Source: Malacoraja senta
Lineage: Eukaryota
Assembly (NCBI GenBank): GCA_038087875.1
Contig: CM076001.1
Coordinates: 1,612,001 to 1,676,000 of the forward strand
DNA length: 64,000 bases
Reading direction: 5' to 3'
Below the pieces are notes generated by a model. It worked only from the letters and a program-made list of their open reading frames with translations. It was not told the origin of the DNA and searched no databases. Shown piece after piece: positions 62,175 to 64,000 of this stretch. Both the position numbers and the translations under genes were made by a program. The stretch's first letter is position 1. Each line of letters opens with the position of its first letter.

Positions 62175-62715
62175 AGTATGCAGTTTTGGTCCCCTAATTT
62201 GAGGAAGGACGTTCTTGCTATTGGGGGAGTGCAGCGTAGGTTTACAAGGTTAATTCCCGGGATGGCGGGACTGTCATATGCTGAGATAATGGAGAAGCTG
62301 GGCTTGTACACTCTGGAGTTTAGAAGGATGAGAGGGTATCTCATTGAATCATATAAGATTGTTAAGGGTTTGGACACGCTAGAGGCAGGAAACATGTTCC
62401 CGATGTTGGGGGAGTCCAGAACCAGTGGCCACAGTTGAAGAATAAGGACAATGCCATTTAGAACGGAGACGATTAAGCACTTTTTCTCACAGAGAGTGGT
62501 GAGTCTGTGGAGTTCCATGCCTCAGAGGGCGGTGGAGGCAGGTTCTCTGGATGCTTTCAAGAGAGAGCTAGATAGGGCTCTTAAAATAGCGGAGTCAGGG
62601 AATATGGGGAGAAGGCAGGAACGGGGTACTGATTGGGAATGATCAGCCATGATCACATTGAATGGCGGTGCTGGCTCGAAGGGCCTACTCCTGCACCTAT
62701 TGTCTATTGTCTATT
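62175..62715 (+). mobile_element. CR1 LINE 3' end
   Basis: QFWSPNLRKD...VQRRFTRLIPG; (CTATTGT)n tail. Confidence 0.85.
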
Positions 62716-63155
62716 TTCAGCAATCTATTTTGCTCAGATGTCCATGAAATGCACCCAGACTCTTCTTCGACCCCAAAATTACATTGTTATTTTCAAAAGG
62801 CACTTAACCATCACTCATCGGAAAATGGAATGTGGGGGATAATCGGCAGCACCTGTGCCACTTCGCCTCCCTTGCGTCATCTATTCTCAAGCTATTATGA
62901 TATTGCACCATGCCAGGTACTTGTGCACCTTGGACCACCGGTTACCAATGCCATAGCCTTGAGTCTTTTATGGAGCTAGGTCTTGCGACATTCCAGATGG
63001 GTATTTGTTTATTCATCAAAAGTATTAGATAATCGTGTCTAGATAATTCACTGACATATAAATGGGGTTTTATCTTGCAGTACGTTTCCGCAGTGGATTT
63101 CCAACATATCTATCATTGCGCACTCTATATGATACAGAATTGTAAGAATTCTCCT

Positions 63156-64000
63156 CTAGTTGAACCTTTTTTTAATTTGATTTAAGGGGTATTTAATAGC
63201 AAACGTTAACTGCCCCCTGAATCTAGATTGCGTCGCTGCATATACGCAGGAGTTAATGCAGGAACCGATAAGCTCCAACATGTGTCCGCTTTCTTGCAGG
63301 ATAAATTTTGGATCGTTGGAATTGATGCCGCTGGCATAACTGTTGCCTGTAATTTGTACGTGCAGAAAATTCACAAGGTAGATCAACCGCAACAAGATAA
63401 AACACCCCGAGATCACCATGAGTAAAATGATAGACTTTTTTCTGCTCTCCATCTCCGGGTCACATTTATTTTCTCCGTTGCTCTGGCATCGGAGCCTTCT
63501 GCGGGATCGACTGGCTGCGAGAATGTGCCTGACTGTCAAAATATTGAGCAGCAAAATCAGTAGGAACGGGACGCATGGGTTCAATACAGGGCGTTGCCAG
63601 TCATAGATTCTCCATACAACGGACGTATAATAGCTACTTTTGATGACGCAGTACCAGGGTACATTATCAGTGACGTACATTGGTTCGAGAGGAAAGAAAG
63701 AGGGAATGTTTTTCAAACAGACCAGCATGCCAACTGTCCCGATAACGACCGCCGCGGTTTTTTCGGTGCAATATCGCAGTCTCAATTGTTGGACGCAAAT
63801 GGCAGTGAATCGGTCGAAGGCGAAAGCTACCGTTAACCAGACGGAAGTGTCTTTGGAAACCCAGCTGAGGACAAGGATGAGTGTGCAGCCTGGCGTGGTG
63901 GAGAAGAAACTAACTGGGAAATAAATAGCCCGTAGGCGGCTTAATATCACGACGGTAACGATGACCAGGAAATCCGCCACCGCCATAAACACCAGGTAAA
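63156..64000 (-). CDS. GPR139/GPR142-like GPCR, 3' part of exon 2 (continues beyond the window)
   Basis: Open frame from the window edge (YLVFMAVADFL...AFAFDRFTAI...GSCINSCVYAATQSRFR...); paralog of the 25407-27722 gene. Confidence 0.88.
   Translation of the reverse strand, partial: YLVFMAVADFLVIVTVVILSRLRAIYFPVSFFSTTPGCTLILVLSWVSKDTSVWLTVAFAFDRFTAICVQQLRLRYCTEKTAAVVIGTVGMLVCLKNIPSFFPLEPMYVTDNVPWYCVIKSSYYTSVVWRIYDWQRPVLNPCVPFLLILLLNILTVRHILAASRSRRRLRCQSNGENKCDPEMESRKKSIILLMVISGCFILLRLIYLVNFLHVQITGNSYASGINSNDPKFILQESGHMLELIGSCINSCVYAATQSRFRGQLTFAIKYPLNQIKKRFN

Noticed and set aside
50600-63100. Search for a third NAR-TCR cassette or D-delta/J-delta/C exons
   Set aside because: By eye, no RSS pairs, YYC/WYRQ motifs or FGxG J motifs were found; a heavily decayed segment could have been missed.

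Overview
Repeat-rich vertebrate genomic DNA with three N gaps (6160-6295, 34476-34787, 53528-53727). The repeat content (CR1, L2, Tx1, Penelope, HE1-like SINE) and the immune genes indicate a cartilaginous fish, probably a skate or ray (inference). The main content is two tandem minus-strand NAR-TCR cassettes of a TCR alpha/delta-type locus. Each has a leader, an IgNAR-like V with 22-nt-spacer RSS, one D with 12/12 RSS, a J with 23-RSS, and a leaderless supporting TCR-delta V with its own 23-RSS; the J donor splices in frame onto the supporting V. Both NAR V genes are intact and differ mainly in CDR1. Both supporting V genes carry a lesion: the conserved Trp is changed to Arg in copy 1, and copy 2 has a 13-bp frameshifting duplication. 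A third, frameshifted TCR V pseudogene missed by the ORF track lies at about 18222-18520, with a 23-RSS and a CTCF motif 24 bp beyond its nonamer. GPR139/GPR142-like two-exon GPCR genes are interleaved with the cassettes and appear to belong to the duplicated unit: one intact, one pseudogene, one fragment and one running off the window end. Also present are a young Penelope element with a 14-bp TSD and a minimal hammerhead ribozyme motif, recurrent hairpin elements built from the Penelope tail, and a tRNA-Thr(CGT) near a CTCF motif. No D-delta, J-delta or constant exons were seen. No searches were run; family names come from motif recognition, and TE boundaries are approximate.
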